Below, one piece after another: positions 1 through 9,351 of a DNA stretch of 57,739 nt. Position 1 is the stretch's first letter. Each line of letters begins with the position of its first letter. The notes below the pieces were generated by a model. That model was not told the DNA's origin. It searched no databases and saw only the letters and a program-made list of their open reading frames with translations. This DNA is from a virus (lineage: Duplodnaviria; Caudoviricetes): IMG/VR virus record IMGVR_UViG_3300011115_000454, positions 1-57,739 of that record; one strand, written 5' to 3'. The position numbers and the translations under genes were made by a program.

Positions 1-127
1 AATCGCTTATGTTGTCGGTCATGTTGTTCCTCCTTTATGTGATGAGTTAAGTCCGATGAGTAATGACAAGTCTGTCACTACTATGTAGTTTGATTTGGGC
101 ATAGGCACGATTGTGTGCTTGCGCTGT
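1..127. repeat. 127-nt terminal direct repeat (copy 1), probable circular-assembly overlap
   Basis: 1..127 is identical to 57613..57739; 127 is a common assembler k-mer; ORFs read through the junction. Confidence 0.9.
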
Positions 128-240
128 TTCGCCAGTTTCTCACCACATGACGCACAGGTCGGTCGTGATAGGTGCTTGCGCTGTGGCTCGACCCTGACTG
201 CATAACAATGGGTGCATATAGGTAAGTGGTAGTCTTCCAT
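19..240 (-). CDS. small Zn-finger-like early protein
   Basis: two CxxC pairs (CTHC, CASC); AAGGAG SD upstream; ATGA overlap with the next gene across the circular junction. Confidence 0.7.
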   Translation of the reverse strand: MEDYHLPICTHCYAVRVEPQRKHLSRPTCASCGEKLAKQRKHTIVPMPKSNYIVVTDLSLLIGLNSSHKGGTT

Positions 241-241
241 G

Positions 242-397
242 TCACTCCTTTGTTATATGTTGGCAAGCCAATGCTCCAAAGTATCCACTGAGCATGAGCG
301 CTATTTTGTGTATGTACCCTTCGCCATCAAAACCCCACACAATTAGTGCGACAGTTAATGCACTGGCAAGGGCAATCATCAGTTTCTCTTGGTTCAT
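242..397 (-). CDS. small membrane protein (51 aa, MNQEKLMIALASALTVALIVWGF...)
   Basis: translated by hand; hydrophobic; fills the gap between neighbouring minus-strand genes. Confidence 0.55.
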   Translation of the reverse strand: MNQEKLMIALASALTVALIVWGFDGEGYIHKIALMLSGYFGALACQHITKE

Positions 398-399
398 TG

Positions 400-582
400 C
401 TAACCTCGCATCTTGCGGTAATATTCACGCAAAGCGGTCTCGGGGTCGTTGTCATCCATGGGGTTTTCGTCCATCTCTACGGCATAGACGTATTCGTGGT
501 CATCGCTTGTGTAGTTGGGTTCGACTATTAAGTAGTCCATGTCGGCATGGGGAATTGTGAGATACATGAGTTTTTGACGCAT
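400..582 (-). CDS. hypothetical acidic early protein
   Basis: AAGGA SD; co-oriented with neighbours. Confidence 0.55.
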   Translation of the reverse strand: MRQKLMYLTIPHADMDYLIVEPNYTSDDHEYVYAVEMDENPMDDNDPETALREYYRKMRG

Positions 583-620
583 GATTAGTCCTTTAGTTGA
601 GTGAGTTAGTCGGGTATTGC

Positions 621-648
621 TTGACAGGGGAAATCAGAGTTGTATACT
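621..648 (+). promoter_or_regulatory. sigma70-like promoter TTGACA-N16-TATACT
   Basis: perfect -35 and near-consensus -10, pointing into the non-coding repeat region. Confidence 0.5.
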
Positions 649-731
649 TCAGCCTATGGCTGAAGCGGGGTTGAAGAAAAAGGGATGCGCCGATGCGACC
701 ATGATAGGTGCGCTTGCGCCCTCGGTGAATT

Positions 732-1072
732 GAATATTCTGTGTGGAATATTGTGTAGAATATTCTCGTGAGTGATTACTAACTGGGAAAGTTAATAGAA
801 TCAAGGTGGTTAGTGCGCACTCACGTGAATATTCTAATATTCTCTGTTTTCAAAAGGGTCAGCCACCTTTTGCGTGATGTGTATATATTGTGGGCGATAC
901 ATATATATACATTCTCTATTTTCGTTTTCCTATACGTGGCTAATTTATATAGAATATTAGAATATTTGAATATTCAGTATTACATAATTGGCTAACTCAT
1001 TGAATTCATTGGCTATTTTTTGTAGTACTGAATATTCTGGTGAATATTCTGTGGAAACCTAGCAGAATATTC
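732..1072. repeat. cluster of 11 GAATATTC-like palindromic repeats around an AT-rich tract; candidate replication origin
   Basis: copies at 732, 746, 758, 827, 835, 952, 960, 968, 1030, 1042, 1065. Confidence 0.6.
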
Positions 1073-1075
1073 GAT

Positions 1076-1570
1076 TCAAGCCTCGATTGCAGTTGCTTGC
1101 TCGGCTTTCTTGGCGGCATGAGCCTCGGCTACACATCGGATGATGTCAGTAACCATTGACTTCAATTCCATTTCAAGGGCTAACTTAGACCCTGCGACCA
1201 TCGTGCCAGTCTTTTTGTCAGTACGCATACCTTCGCTCTTACCTAAGCGAGCCTTCAAGACACGAGCCTCGAAGAAGTCAGGCAATGATTCAAACGATGC
1301 ACGATTGGAGATTACGATTGGCTCACCTAAGCGAATTGCCAACATCTCAGCCAGTGGTTTGTAGTTTGCATTGAAGCAAGCATTAGCCACGTTCAACAGT
1401 CCAGTATGTGATACCTCGGCACGAATAGCGTTGCCGACTTTGCCCTTCATTGCAAGGCAAGCAGTTAGAGCACTCTCAGATGCTTTACTCACGACAGATA
1501 CTTGACGTTCGACCTTAGTCTTGCCTAGTACGTTGACGATAGCAGGTGCGTATGTGATTTGATTGTCCAT
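1076..1570 (-). CDS. hypothetical early protein (164 aa)
   Basis: long ORF with protein-like composition; first gene of the leftward arm. Confidence 0.7.
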   Translation of the reverse strand: MDNQITYAPAIVNVLGKTKVERQVSVVSKASESALTACLAMKGKVGNAIRAEVSHTGLLNVANACFNANYKPLAEMLAIRLGEPIVISNRASFESLPDFFEARVLKARLGKSEGMRTDKKTGTMVAGSKLALEMELKSMVTDIIRCVAEAHAAKKAEQATAIEA

Positions 1571-2282
1571 GATTTTCTTTCAGTTAGTTAGTTAAGGGTT
1601 TGTATTGCATACTGTCACTACACAATAGAAAACCCTCACGAATGAGGGATAGCACCGATTTGCTGTTCTAGGTATCGGCTTAAATGTGACCTTCACCACC
1701 ATTCAATTACGATGTGGCTTCGTGCTAAACCTGACGATAGTTTAGTCCTTGATAGTGAGTAGATTCTTACTACTTACACCTCAGTTAAGTACTGCTACTA
1801 CATTCGGTTTCAGCCATGTCAGCCCCGTGCGACTCCGTGCGTTTTAATACTCGCCTAGTCCGCTTTCCGCTACAACATACATACCCGACTGGTTTTCAGC
1901 CTACAATACGCATACGCTACTAACCCGTATGATAATCCGTGCGATATACGCTTGCTAGACGCATATAACCTAGAATGACGCTCACGATAATAAGAACTCG
2001 CATCTAACCGATAGTCGATTCAAGAATACCCTTAGGCATCTATTCTCGTAATCAGAATCAAACAATGCTCAGTAGTGATGATGCACTACCTACACTATAG
2101 GTCTTGACCCGACAACATACCCATAGGGGTAGGGGTATAGGGGGTGGGGTGGGACAATCGGATGCGGACCCCCGGCCTACTCTACCCACCACGCACATGA
2201 CAAGACCAAAAATTTAGTACATACACACGTTTGCCACACCTAATACCTTTTATAATTTACTAGCTTATTACTGCACCCCCTC

Positions 2283-2310
2283 TTGACAACCTCGCATATA
2301 CCGATACCAT
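2283..2310 (+). promoter_or_regulatory. sigma70-like promoter TTGACA-N16-TACCAT for the packaging/structural arm
   Basis: lies about 27 nt upstream of the first rightward ATG, which has a TAAGGAG SD. Confidence 0.5.
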
Positions 2311-2336
2311 ACACACCATCACATAAGGAGTACTCT

Positions 2337-2504
2337 ATGGCTAAAATGCCCACAAACTTGTTATCCCGTTTCAAAGGTAGAGAGACTGGTAAAGAAGAAA
2401 AGGCAGAGAAAAAAATGTCACCCGCCATGTATAAAAAAGGCGAGAAGATGGAGGAAGCCAAGATGAAAAAATCAGGTATGCCTATGAAAAAGGGTAAGTA
2501 TTGA
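2337..2504 (+). CDS. small Lys/Met-rich basic protein
   Basis: TAAGGAG SD before ATG 2337; K/M-rich composition like small proteins ahead of terminases. Confidence 0.65.
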   Translation: MAKMPTNLLSRFKGRETGKEEKAEKKMSPAMYKKGEKMEEAKMKKSGMPMKKGKY

Positions 2505-2639
2505 ATGAAGCGTTATAACTTTCATTTACCAGAACCCTTGGTAGATAAGCTGCGTGAGGAAGCTAAACGCACAGGACTGACTATGGCTGAAACCATTAGG
2601 AATGCTTTGGCAAAATATGTTGCAAACTCAAATGGATGA
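2505..2639 (+). CDS. ribbon-helix-helix (CopG/Arc-like) DNA-binding protein, 44 aa
   Basis: MKRYNFHLPEPLVDKLREEAKRTGLTMAETIRNALAKY fits the RHH pattern; below the ORF-track cutoff. Confidence 0.75.
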   Translation: MKRYNFHLPEPLVDKLREEAKRTGLTMAETIRNALAKYVANSNG

Positions 2640-3111
2640 GCTGGAGTCTTTAGACCAGTATTCGGAGTTTGCGCTTTCTCCCGCAACGGATGAGCCACAT
2701 GTCACATTGGATATTCCACCGCAGTTGGTGTGGGAGTGTGCAGCAGGGTTAGAAGACCCAACAGTTATTGCATCTCGCTTTGGTTTTGAAGGTGAAAAGT
2801 GGGATAGGCTTGCGCAATGGCCTCCGTTTATTACAGCAGTACAGGCTCAGAGGTCAGAGTTTGAGCGTACCGGTATGACATTTCGACTCAAAGCTGGGTT
2901 GATGGCGGAAGAGATGATGAGTCAGATGTTTAAGCAAGCCATTAGTATGGACACGACAATCATGCAAAAGTTAAGCGTATTTCAAGCACTCACTGACGTG
3001 GCGGGGTTAAAAGCACCGAAAAATGCTGAAGTGTCTAATAATGCAGCACCAAAGTTTAGTATCACAATTAACATACCACAGGGCGCACAGCCCGTAACCA
3101 TTGATGGCTAA
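2632..3111 (+). CDS. putative terminase small subunit
   Basis: directly upstream of and overlapping TerL; helical, with an FSITINI C-terminal strand. Confidence 0.55.
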   Translation: MDELESLDQYSEFALSPATDEPHVTLDIPPQLVWECAAGLEDPTVIASRFGFEGEKWDRLAQWPPFITAVQAQRSEFERTGMTFRLKAGLMAEEMMSQMFKQAISMDTTIMQKLSVFQALTDVAGLKAPKNAEVSNNAAPKFSITINIPQGAQPVTIDG

Positions 3112-4504
3112 TTTAGTCTATACACCACCGGTATCTGTAGTTCCATTCCTGACAGCGGACAAGTTTTCAAATTTTATTGTTGGGCCTGTAGGTTCAACAA
3201 AAACAACGGCGGCATTGATAAAGATTGGCTACGAGGCTAAACGAATAAAAGCTAGTCCTGATGGGATACGGCGTAGTCGAGTTGCTGTTATACGTAACAC
3301 ACGGCAGATGCTGTGGGATACGACAATACCGGACTTTATTAAGTGGTATCCAGACGGAGAGGCAGGTATCCTTGAAAAAACCAACTCAAAATTTATTCTT
3401 AAGTATGATGACGTTGAATGCGAAATTCTTTTTCGTGGCCTTGATGACGCTAATGACGTTCGCCGTCTGTTGTCTTTGCAGCTTACTTTTGGTGTTATGG
3501 ATGAGTTTCGAGAAATTAATCCAGATATTTACAACGCACTTACAGGTAGATTGGGGCGATACCCAGACAAAACGATGAATGGTGTGGGTGCTTGTGACGA
3601 CGAGGGGCGGCAAGTCCATAAACTTTGGGGGGCAACTAACCCGCCAGACGCTGATACGTTTTGGGAAAAGACGCTCACCGAGCCGCCACAGAACATGCAC
3701 GTTACCATTCAGCCATCAGGACTTAGCCAAGAAGCCGATTGGGTTCAGTATTTACCAGTAGAGTATTATGAGAATCTGTGTGAAGGTAAGACAGAAGATT
3801 GGATTGATGTCTATGTACACGGGAAATTTGGTAAGTCGTTAAGTGGTCAGCCTGTGTTTAAAGCGTTTGATAGAGATACGCATGTTGCGAAACAGCCACT
3901 GAACTACATAAAATTACAGACGCATCCACTAATTATTGGCATGGACTTTGGGTTAACCCCAGCGTGTACGATAAATCAGATTGATGCGCATGGTAGATTT
4001 TTAACATTTGCGGACCTTGTGTCTGAGGGTATGGGAACATTAAGGTTTTGCCGAGAGAAGTTAAAGCCGCTCTTAGCGAACAAGTTTCCGGGGATGAACG
4101 TGCTCATAGTGGGAGACCCAGCAGGACAACAAAGAGCGCAGACTGACGAGCGAAGCGTGTTTGATATTCTTAGAGCCGAGGGTTTTAGGGTCATTTCAGC
4201 TAAGTCCAACAGTGTTGTGGCACGTGTTAATGCAGTTGACAAGCTGTTAACTCGTACGGTGGATGGCAAGCCTGGGCATCTAATTGACCCGAGTTGTGTA
4301 AATTTAATCACTTCCCTTCGTGGTGGATATCGGTATAAAATCAAACAAAACGGTGAAGCAGACGATAAACCGGAAAAAAATTCGCATTCTCACATTGCCG
4401 ATGCGCATCAGTATGCGTGTTTGCATGCAGACGGTAACGTGACTGGAGATGCTTGGACTCGTAAAGCAGTGGAAGTTAAAAAAGTCGACTACGTGTGGAC
4501 TTGA
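3104..4504 (+). CDS. terL: terminase large subunit
   Basis: Walker A-like GPVGSTKT, Walker B VMDE, ATNPP coupling motif, RNaseH-like GMDFG and HIADA. Confidence 0.92.
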   Translation: MANLVYTPPVSVVPFLTADKFSNFIVGPVGSTKTTAALIKIGYEAKRIKASPDGIRRSRVAVIRNTRQMLWDTTIPDFIKWYPDGEAGILEKTNSKFILKYDDVECEILFRGLDDANDVRRLLSLQLTFGVMDEFREINPDIYNALTGRLGRYPDKTMNGVGACDDEGRQVHKLWGATNPPDADTFWEKTLTEPPQNMHVTIQPSGLSQEADWVQYLPVEYYENLCEGKTEDWIDVYVHGKFGKSLSGQPVFKAFDRDTHVAKQPLNYIKLQTHPLIIGMDFGLTPACTINQIDAHGRFLTFADLVSEGMGTLRFCREKLKPLLANKFPGMNVLIVGDPAGQQRAQTDERSVFDILRAEGFRVISAKSNSVVARVNAVDKLLTRTVDGKPGHLIDPSCVNLITSLRGGYRYKIKQNGEADDKPEKNSHSHIADAHQYACLHADGNVTGDAWTRKAVEVKKVDYVWT

Positions 4505-4557
4505 CAGAAATTGTTTTACGAGATATACCCTGATACTAAATAACCCACGTAAAGCAT

Positions 4558-6681
4558 ATGCAACTTGGCCTGAACATTACAAACAGTAACGCGCCGGGAA
4601 CCATCTCGGCAGGGGGACTTGTCACTATAAAGTCTATTAAGGCTTTGCAAGAAGAGGCCAGAGCTGCAGCGCAGCAAGCCAATTCCCAGCCCGTAGTTCA
4701 GGCTCTTGCAGGATATATTCGCAAAAAATGGATGTCAGCAATGCTGGCAAAACAGCAGACTTCAGAGATAAAAATGTTGAAGTCTGTCAGAGCACGTAGA
4801 GGTGAATACGACCCTGATAAATTAGCTCAGTTGCGAGAGCAGGGCAGTGCGACTATTTACATGATGCTCACATCGAACAAATGCAGAGCAGCGTCTAGCT
4901 GGCTAAAAGATACGTTGGTTACAGCAGCGGAAGATAAACCTTGGACTATTGAGCCAAGTCCGATGCCTGATTTACCTCCTAACGAGATTGAATCCATCAT
5001 GCAGCAGGCACAGCAAGAAGTGCAGCAGATGTATATGGGTGGTACTCCTCCTACAGACCAGCAAGTACGTGAGCGTCTTTTAGAGATGAAAGACATGGCA
5101 ATGTCACACTTAAAAGATGTGGCTAAACGCACGACTGAGCGTATGGAACTTAAGATGGCTGACCAGTTGTTTGAAGGCAATTGGAACAAAGCATTTAGTG
5201 AATTCTTAGACGATATTACGACTTTCCCCTCTGCAATTATGAAAGGGCCAGTAGTTCGTAAGCGCCCACGTATGCAATGGGTACAGCAGGGCGGGCAGTA
5301 TGTACTTGATGTACAAGATACGTTAACTCTAGAGTGGGAACGTGTTGACCCGTTTAATTTTTATCCAGCAGCCGATGCGTCGGATATTGACGATGGTTTT
5401 TTAATCGAGCGTCATAAATTACAACGTGCGGATTTGCAAGCCATGATAGGTGTAGAAGGATACAGCGACGGTGCGATACGTGGTGTGCTTGAAGAATATG
5501 GTAAAGGTGGACTGCGCGACTGGATTTATGTAGACATGAACAAGGCTGCGGCTGAAGGCAAGTCTACGATGGGTGTACAACAAAACCCGTCAGAATTAAT
5601 TGATGCGCTTCAGTTTTGGGGTAACGTGCAGGGGCAGTTACTAAAAGATTGGGGTATGACTGAGGAAGAAATTCCTGACCCGTTAATGGATTACCCCATA
5701 GAAGGCTGGGTAGTTGGTCATTGGGTTATTAAAGCAGTTATCAATCCAGACCCGCTAGGTCGTAAACCATACTATAAAGCGTCTTACGAAGAGGTTCCTG
5801 GGGCGTTTTGGGGTAATTCTGTGGCTGACCTATGCCGTGATACCCAAGACATCTGTAACGCTGCTGCACGGTCTTTAGTGAACAACATGTCTATATCTTC
5901 AGGCCCTCAAGTTGTTTACAACATTGACCGGTTACCTCAGGGTGAAAACATTACTCAGTTGTATCCGTGGAAGGTATGGCAGGTTACATCTGACCCGATG
6001 GCGGGTTCAGCCGCTCCGATGCAGTTTTATCAGCCTAATTCTTTAGCCGCTGAGTTGATGTCGGTGTACGAGAAGTTTGCAACTCTTGCTGACGAATACA
6101 CAGGCATTCCACGTTATATGACTGGAGATAGTCCTGCAGGTGGTGCGGGTCGTACTGCTTCTGGTATGTCGATGCTCATGACTAATGCTGGTAAATCTAT
6201 TAAGCAAGTTATTGCTAATATTGACAACACAGTGATTAAACCAGCCATTGACCGTTTGTATTTTTACAACATGCGTTACGGCAAAGACCCAGACCTCAAA
6301 GGCGATGTCAATGTACGTGCTAAAGGTGCAGCTTCTCTTGTTATAAAAGAACAAGCTCAAGTACGTCAGAACCAGTTCTTACAGATTGCGTTGTCTAGTC
6401 CAATTGCGCAACAAGTTATTGGTATGGAAGGTATTGCAGAGTTACTCCGTCAGTCGGCAAAGACTCTTGATTTAAATCCAGACCACATTGTGCCTCCAAT
6501 GGAAGTTTTAAAACAACGTCAAGCCCAGCAGCAACAGATGATGATGCAACAGATGATGATGCAGCAAGCAGGGCAAACACAACCTGGAGGAACACCTCCA
6601 CAACAAAACCCCGGCGCTCAGTTAGAAAATGGGGCACCAGTTACCAACAATTTTTTACCTACTGAAGGTATAAGTAGTTGA
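4558..6681 (+). CDS. portal protein
   Basis: 707 aa following TerL; FWGNSVAD..RDTQ and RTASGMSML motifs; Q-rich tail typical of podoviral portals. Confidence 0.85.
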   Translation: MQLGLNITNSNAPGTISAGGLVTIKSIKALQEEARAAAQQANSQPVVQALAGYIRKKWMSAMLAKQQTSEIKMLKSVRARRGEYDPDKLAQLREQGSATIYMMLTSNKCRAASSWLKDTLVTAAEDKPWTIEPSPMPDLPPNEIESIMQQAQQEVQQMYMGGTPPTDQQVRERLLEMKDMAMSHLKDVAKRTTERMELKMADQLFEGNWNKAFSEFLDDITTFPSAIMKGPVVRKRPRMQWVQQGGQYVLDVQDTLTLEWERVDPFNFYPAADASDIDDGFLIERHKLQRADLQAMIGVEGYSDGAIRGVLEEYGKGGLRDWIYVDMNKAAAEGKSTMGVQQNPSELIDALQFWGNVQGQLLKDWGMTEEEIPDPLMDYPIEGWVVGHWVIKAVINPDPLGRKPYYKASYEEVPGAFWGNSVADLCRDTQDICNAAARSLVNNMSISSGPQVVYNIDRLPQGENITQLYPWKVWQVTSDPMAGSAAPMQFYQPNSLAAELMSVYEKFATLADEYTGIPRYMTGDSPAGGAGRTASGMSMLMTNAGKSIKQVIANIDNTVIKPAIDRLYFYNMRYGKDPDLKGDVNVRAKGAASLVIKEQAQVRQNQFLQIALSSPIAQQVIGMEGIAELLRQSAKTLDLNPDHIVPPMEVLKQRQAQQQQMMMQQMMMQQAGQTQPGGTPPQQNPGAQLENGAPVTNNFLPTEGISS

Positions 6682-6705
6682 CAACTGTAAGTTCTGGTAT
6701 ATCAT
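6678..6705 (+). promoter_or_regulatory. sigma70-like promoter TTGACA-N16-TATCAT
   Basis: sits at the portal stop, upstream of the head genes. Confidence 0.4.
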
Positions 6706-6726
6706 TCACACAAAGGAGTAAAACTC

Positions 6727-6918
6727 ATGAAAGCAGTCAAACCCATGGAGTCACGCTCGAAAGAGTACGCTCAAGAATCTGCCAAAACTGAAGGCATGTC
6801 TAAAGGCCCAGCCACACAAGGCGCAGGCGGTAATGATGGAAACGTTGTTAATTTAGGTATGCGTGGTGGTGCAGAGTACACAGCAGACGTCGCTAAAACA
6901 GACGGAATGTGCAAGTAA
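6727..6918 (+). CDS. small hypothetical head-module protein
   Basis: AAGGAG SD. Confidence 0.65.
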   Translation: MKAVKPMESRSKEYAQESAKTEGMSKGPATQGAGGNDGNVVNLGMRGGAEYTADVAKTDGMCK

Positions 6919-7152
6919 GTGGTTCGTGTTGATGATCGGGTTGCACGGTGTTTTGCACTGTTGCGTTCCCAAGAGATGCAACCACTGGTAGAATTTTTGA
7001 AAGAGCGACGTCAAGAGACTCTTGAGAGACTTGGCGAAGCCACAGGTGAAGAAATGAAGAGTCGGCTGCAAGGCCGGCAACTCGAACTCAAGGAAATCCT
7101 TGAGATGGTGGAACAAGGGGAAACTCTGTTTGCCAAAACCCGAAGACAATGA
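6919..7152 (+). CDS. small helical post-portal protein
   Basis: GTG start abutting the previous stop; RLQGR motif seen in small proteins between portal and scaffold. Confidence 0.65.
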   Translation: MVRVDDRVARCFALLRSQEMQPLVEFLKERRQETLERLGEATGEEMKSRLQGRQLELKEILEMVEQGETLFAKTRRQ

Positions 7153-7256
7153 GCAGACCGTTAAGTCGGAGCTTAAAGTCAAACATTAATCAAGTAGCAG
7201 ACCGTAAGCGTGTGTGAACTGACCGTAAAGTCGGAGTTCTAAAGCGTAGTCGGAGC
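7152..7256 (+). ncRNA. candidate cis-regulatory RNA with three copies of stem-(A/U)-GAC...GUC-GGA-stem
   Basis: hairpin 7152-7173; nested pair 7197-7256 and 7216-7239; ends just before the scaffold SD. Confidence 0.55.
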
Positions 7257-7271
7257 GAAGGAGATAGAGAT

Positions 7272-8216
7272 ATGGCATTGCCACGTGCGATTCAGAAACA
7301 AGTTGAAGATGCTGACGCTTTTGTAGCGCAGATGACCGGACAGACCGATAACACGGAGACTGACCCAAATCCAGCCCCAGACCCAGTACCAATACCTGAA
7401 CAGCCGCAGCAACCAGTCTCGCAAGAGCCGCAACCAAAGCCGGTGCCGGAAGAAACGTGGGAACGTAAGTACCTGACGTTAAAAGGCATGTACGACGCTG
7501 AAGTTCCAAGGCTGCATTCACAGCTTAGAGAAGTAAACACGCAAGTGCAGACACTCATTGCTGAAAACGCAGTTGCGAAAGCCCAGCCACCCGCACAACC
7601 GTATACGGCCAAGACTCTTATCACTGAACAAGACAAAGAGGCATTTGGCTCTGACTTGTTGGATTTAATTGATAGAGCAGCTGAACAGAAAGTCTCGGAA
7701 GTTCGAGGCCATAATGACCAGTTAATCAATGAGATTAAAGAGTTAAAAGGTAAATTAGGCAATGTGTCTGACCGCCAAGTTGTGTCTGATAAAGACCGTT
7801 TCTTGACGCAATTAACACAGCAAGTGCCTGATTGGGAAACTTTGAATGTAGATTCTGGTTTCTTAGCATGGTTAGCTGAGGTTGACCCCGTTTACGGGAT
7901 ACCAAGGCAGTACGCTTTGACTAATGCTTATGAGGCGTCTGACGCATCTCGTACAGCAACAATCTTCAAGCAGTATAAAAACATGTTTGCCCCACAGACC
8001 CAACAAAAAGTACCGAATCTTAATAGTCAAGTAGCGCCGACCCGCTCGCGTTCAACGCCTGCTCCTAGTAATTCAAACGAAGGAAAACGAATCTTTACAC
8101 AACATGAAGTTTCGGAGTTCTATAACGAATGGATTAAAGGGCATTTGACGGAACAAGAGGCGGCGACAATGGAAGCAGAAATCAACGCCGCATATGTCGA
8201 AGGAAGAATTCGGTAA
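7272..8216 (+). CDS. capsid scaffolding protein
   Basis: between portal and capsid; Pro/acidic N-terminus, coiled coil, C-terminal EGRIR. Confidence 0.75.
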   Translation: MALPRAIQKQVEDADAFVAQMTGQTDNTETDPNPAPDPVPIPEQPQQPVSQEPQPKPVPEETWERKYLTLKGMYDAEVPRLHSQLREVNTQVQTLIAENAVAKAQPPAQPYTAKTLITEQDKEAFGSDLLDLIDRAAEQKVSEVRGHNDQLINEIKELKGKLGNVSDRQVVSDKDRFLTQLTQQVPDWETLNVDSGFLAWLAEVDPVYGIPRQYALTNAYEASDASRTATIFKQYKNMFAPQTQQKVPNLNSQVAPTRSRSTPAPSNSNEGKRIFTQHEVSEFYNEWIKGHLTEQEAATMEAEINAAYVEGRIR

Positions 8217-8271
8217 CGAGTTCCCTGACATGGCGGCATCCAAAATCAAAGTTTTTTAAAAGGAAGATGTC

Positions 8272-9303
8272 ATGTCAACAATAACCGCAGCAGCAGCCTA
8301 CCCCCTAAATGGCGGTGGCTCACCAGCTTTTTATAGCCCAGCAGGTTCAGCCGCTTACTCCGGCACAGCCTATTCTGGTTCATTCATCCCTGCCCTCTGG
8401 TCTGGAAAACTAGCTCAGAAATTCTATGCAGCCACCGTGTTTGGCGAAATTGCTAATACCGACTGGCAAGGTGACATCACCGGCATGGGCGACACTGTGA
8501 TTATCAATACGATTCCAACAATCACAATTAACAGTTACAGCATTGGTCAAAACTTGGCTTATGAAGTTCCTGCTCCTAGCACCATTTCTTTGGTTATTAA
8601 CAAAGGTAAATACTTTGGTGTAAACGTCAACAACGTTCTTGAACTGCAAGCAAAGCCTAAATTGATGGACATGTTCACCAATGACGCTGCTATGCAAATG
8701 AAGATTCAGATTGACAAAGACATTCTGTATTCAAACTTTAACCAAGGCGATTCAGCTAACCTCGGCGCTACAGCCGGTGCGATTTCTGGTTCATTCAATT
8801 TAGGTATTGATACAGCCCCAATCACATTGACTGCTTCTAACATTCTTCAAAGCATCACAGCTTTGTCAAGCGTGTTGGACGAAGCCAACGTTCCTGAAAC
8901 TGACCGCTGGTTAATCATTACTCCTACAGAACGTCAAATTCTGATGCAATCTAACCTTGCACAAGCTCAGTTCATGGGCGACGCTTCTAGCGTATTGCGC
9001 AATGGCAAGATTGGCGTGATTGACCGTTTCACAGTTTATGTTTCTAACCTTGTGCCACGTGCCGCAGTTGGTAAGAGCTACATGAACCCCAATACAGCTA
9101 CTGATTCTTCTGTGTCAAACGCACTCAAGCGTCATGCTGTTATCGCTGGTCATAAGTCTGCCATTACTTTTGCATCACAAATTGCTAAAGTTGAATCTTT
9201 ACAAAACCCCAATGACTTCGGTACATTGGTTCGTGGTTTGAATGTTTACGGCACTCAAGTTGCACAAGCTAAAGGCTTGGCTCTCTTGCAAGTCGCAGGC
9301 TAA
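8272..9303 (+). CDS. major capsid protein
   Basis: FIPALWSGKL, GDTVII, LDEANVPETDRW and RGLNVYG motifs of HK97-fold podoviral capsids. Confidence 0.88.
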   Translation: MSTITAAAAYPLNGGGSPAFYSPAGSAAYSGTAYSGSFIPALWSGKLAQKFYAATVFGEIANTDWQGDITGMGDTVIINTIPTITINSYSIGQNLAYEVPAPSTISLVINKGKYFGVNVNNVLELQAKPKLMDMFTNDAAMQMKIQIDKDILYSNFNQGDSANLGATAGAISGSFNLGIDTAPITLTASNILQSITALSSVLDEANVPETDRWLIITPTERQILMQSNLAQAQFMGDASSVLRNGKIGVIDRFTVYVSNLVPRAAVGKSYMNPNTATDSSVSNALKRHAVIAGHKSAITFASQIAKVESLQNPNDFGTLVRGLNVYGTQVAQAKGLALLQVAG

Positions 9304-9310
9304 TTGTTAA

Positions 9311-9332
9311 GTGGGGCGCAAGCCCTGCTTTT
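9311..9332 (+). terminator. possible weak terminator after capsid (GCAA tetraloop hairpin + U tract)
   Basis: gtggggc-gcaa-gccctgc-tttt. Confidence 0.4.
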
Positions 9333-9351
9333 CTTACCTAAAGGAAAAAAC

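Noticed and set aside
732-1072. CRISPR array or mini-array
   Set aside because: Repeats are only 8 nt with irregular spacing; there is no repeat-spacer periodicity
3182-3208. TerL Walker A variant GPVGSTKT as an inactivating change
   Set aside because: The catalytic Lys-Thr and all other motifs are intact; terminase P-loops are known to deviate
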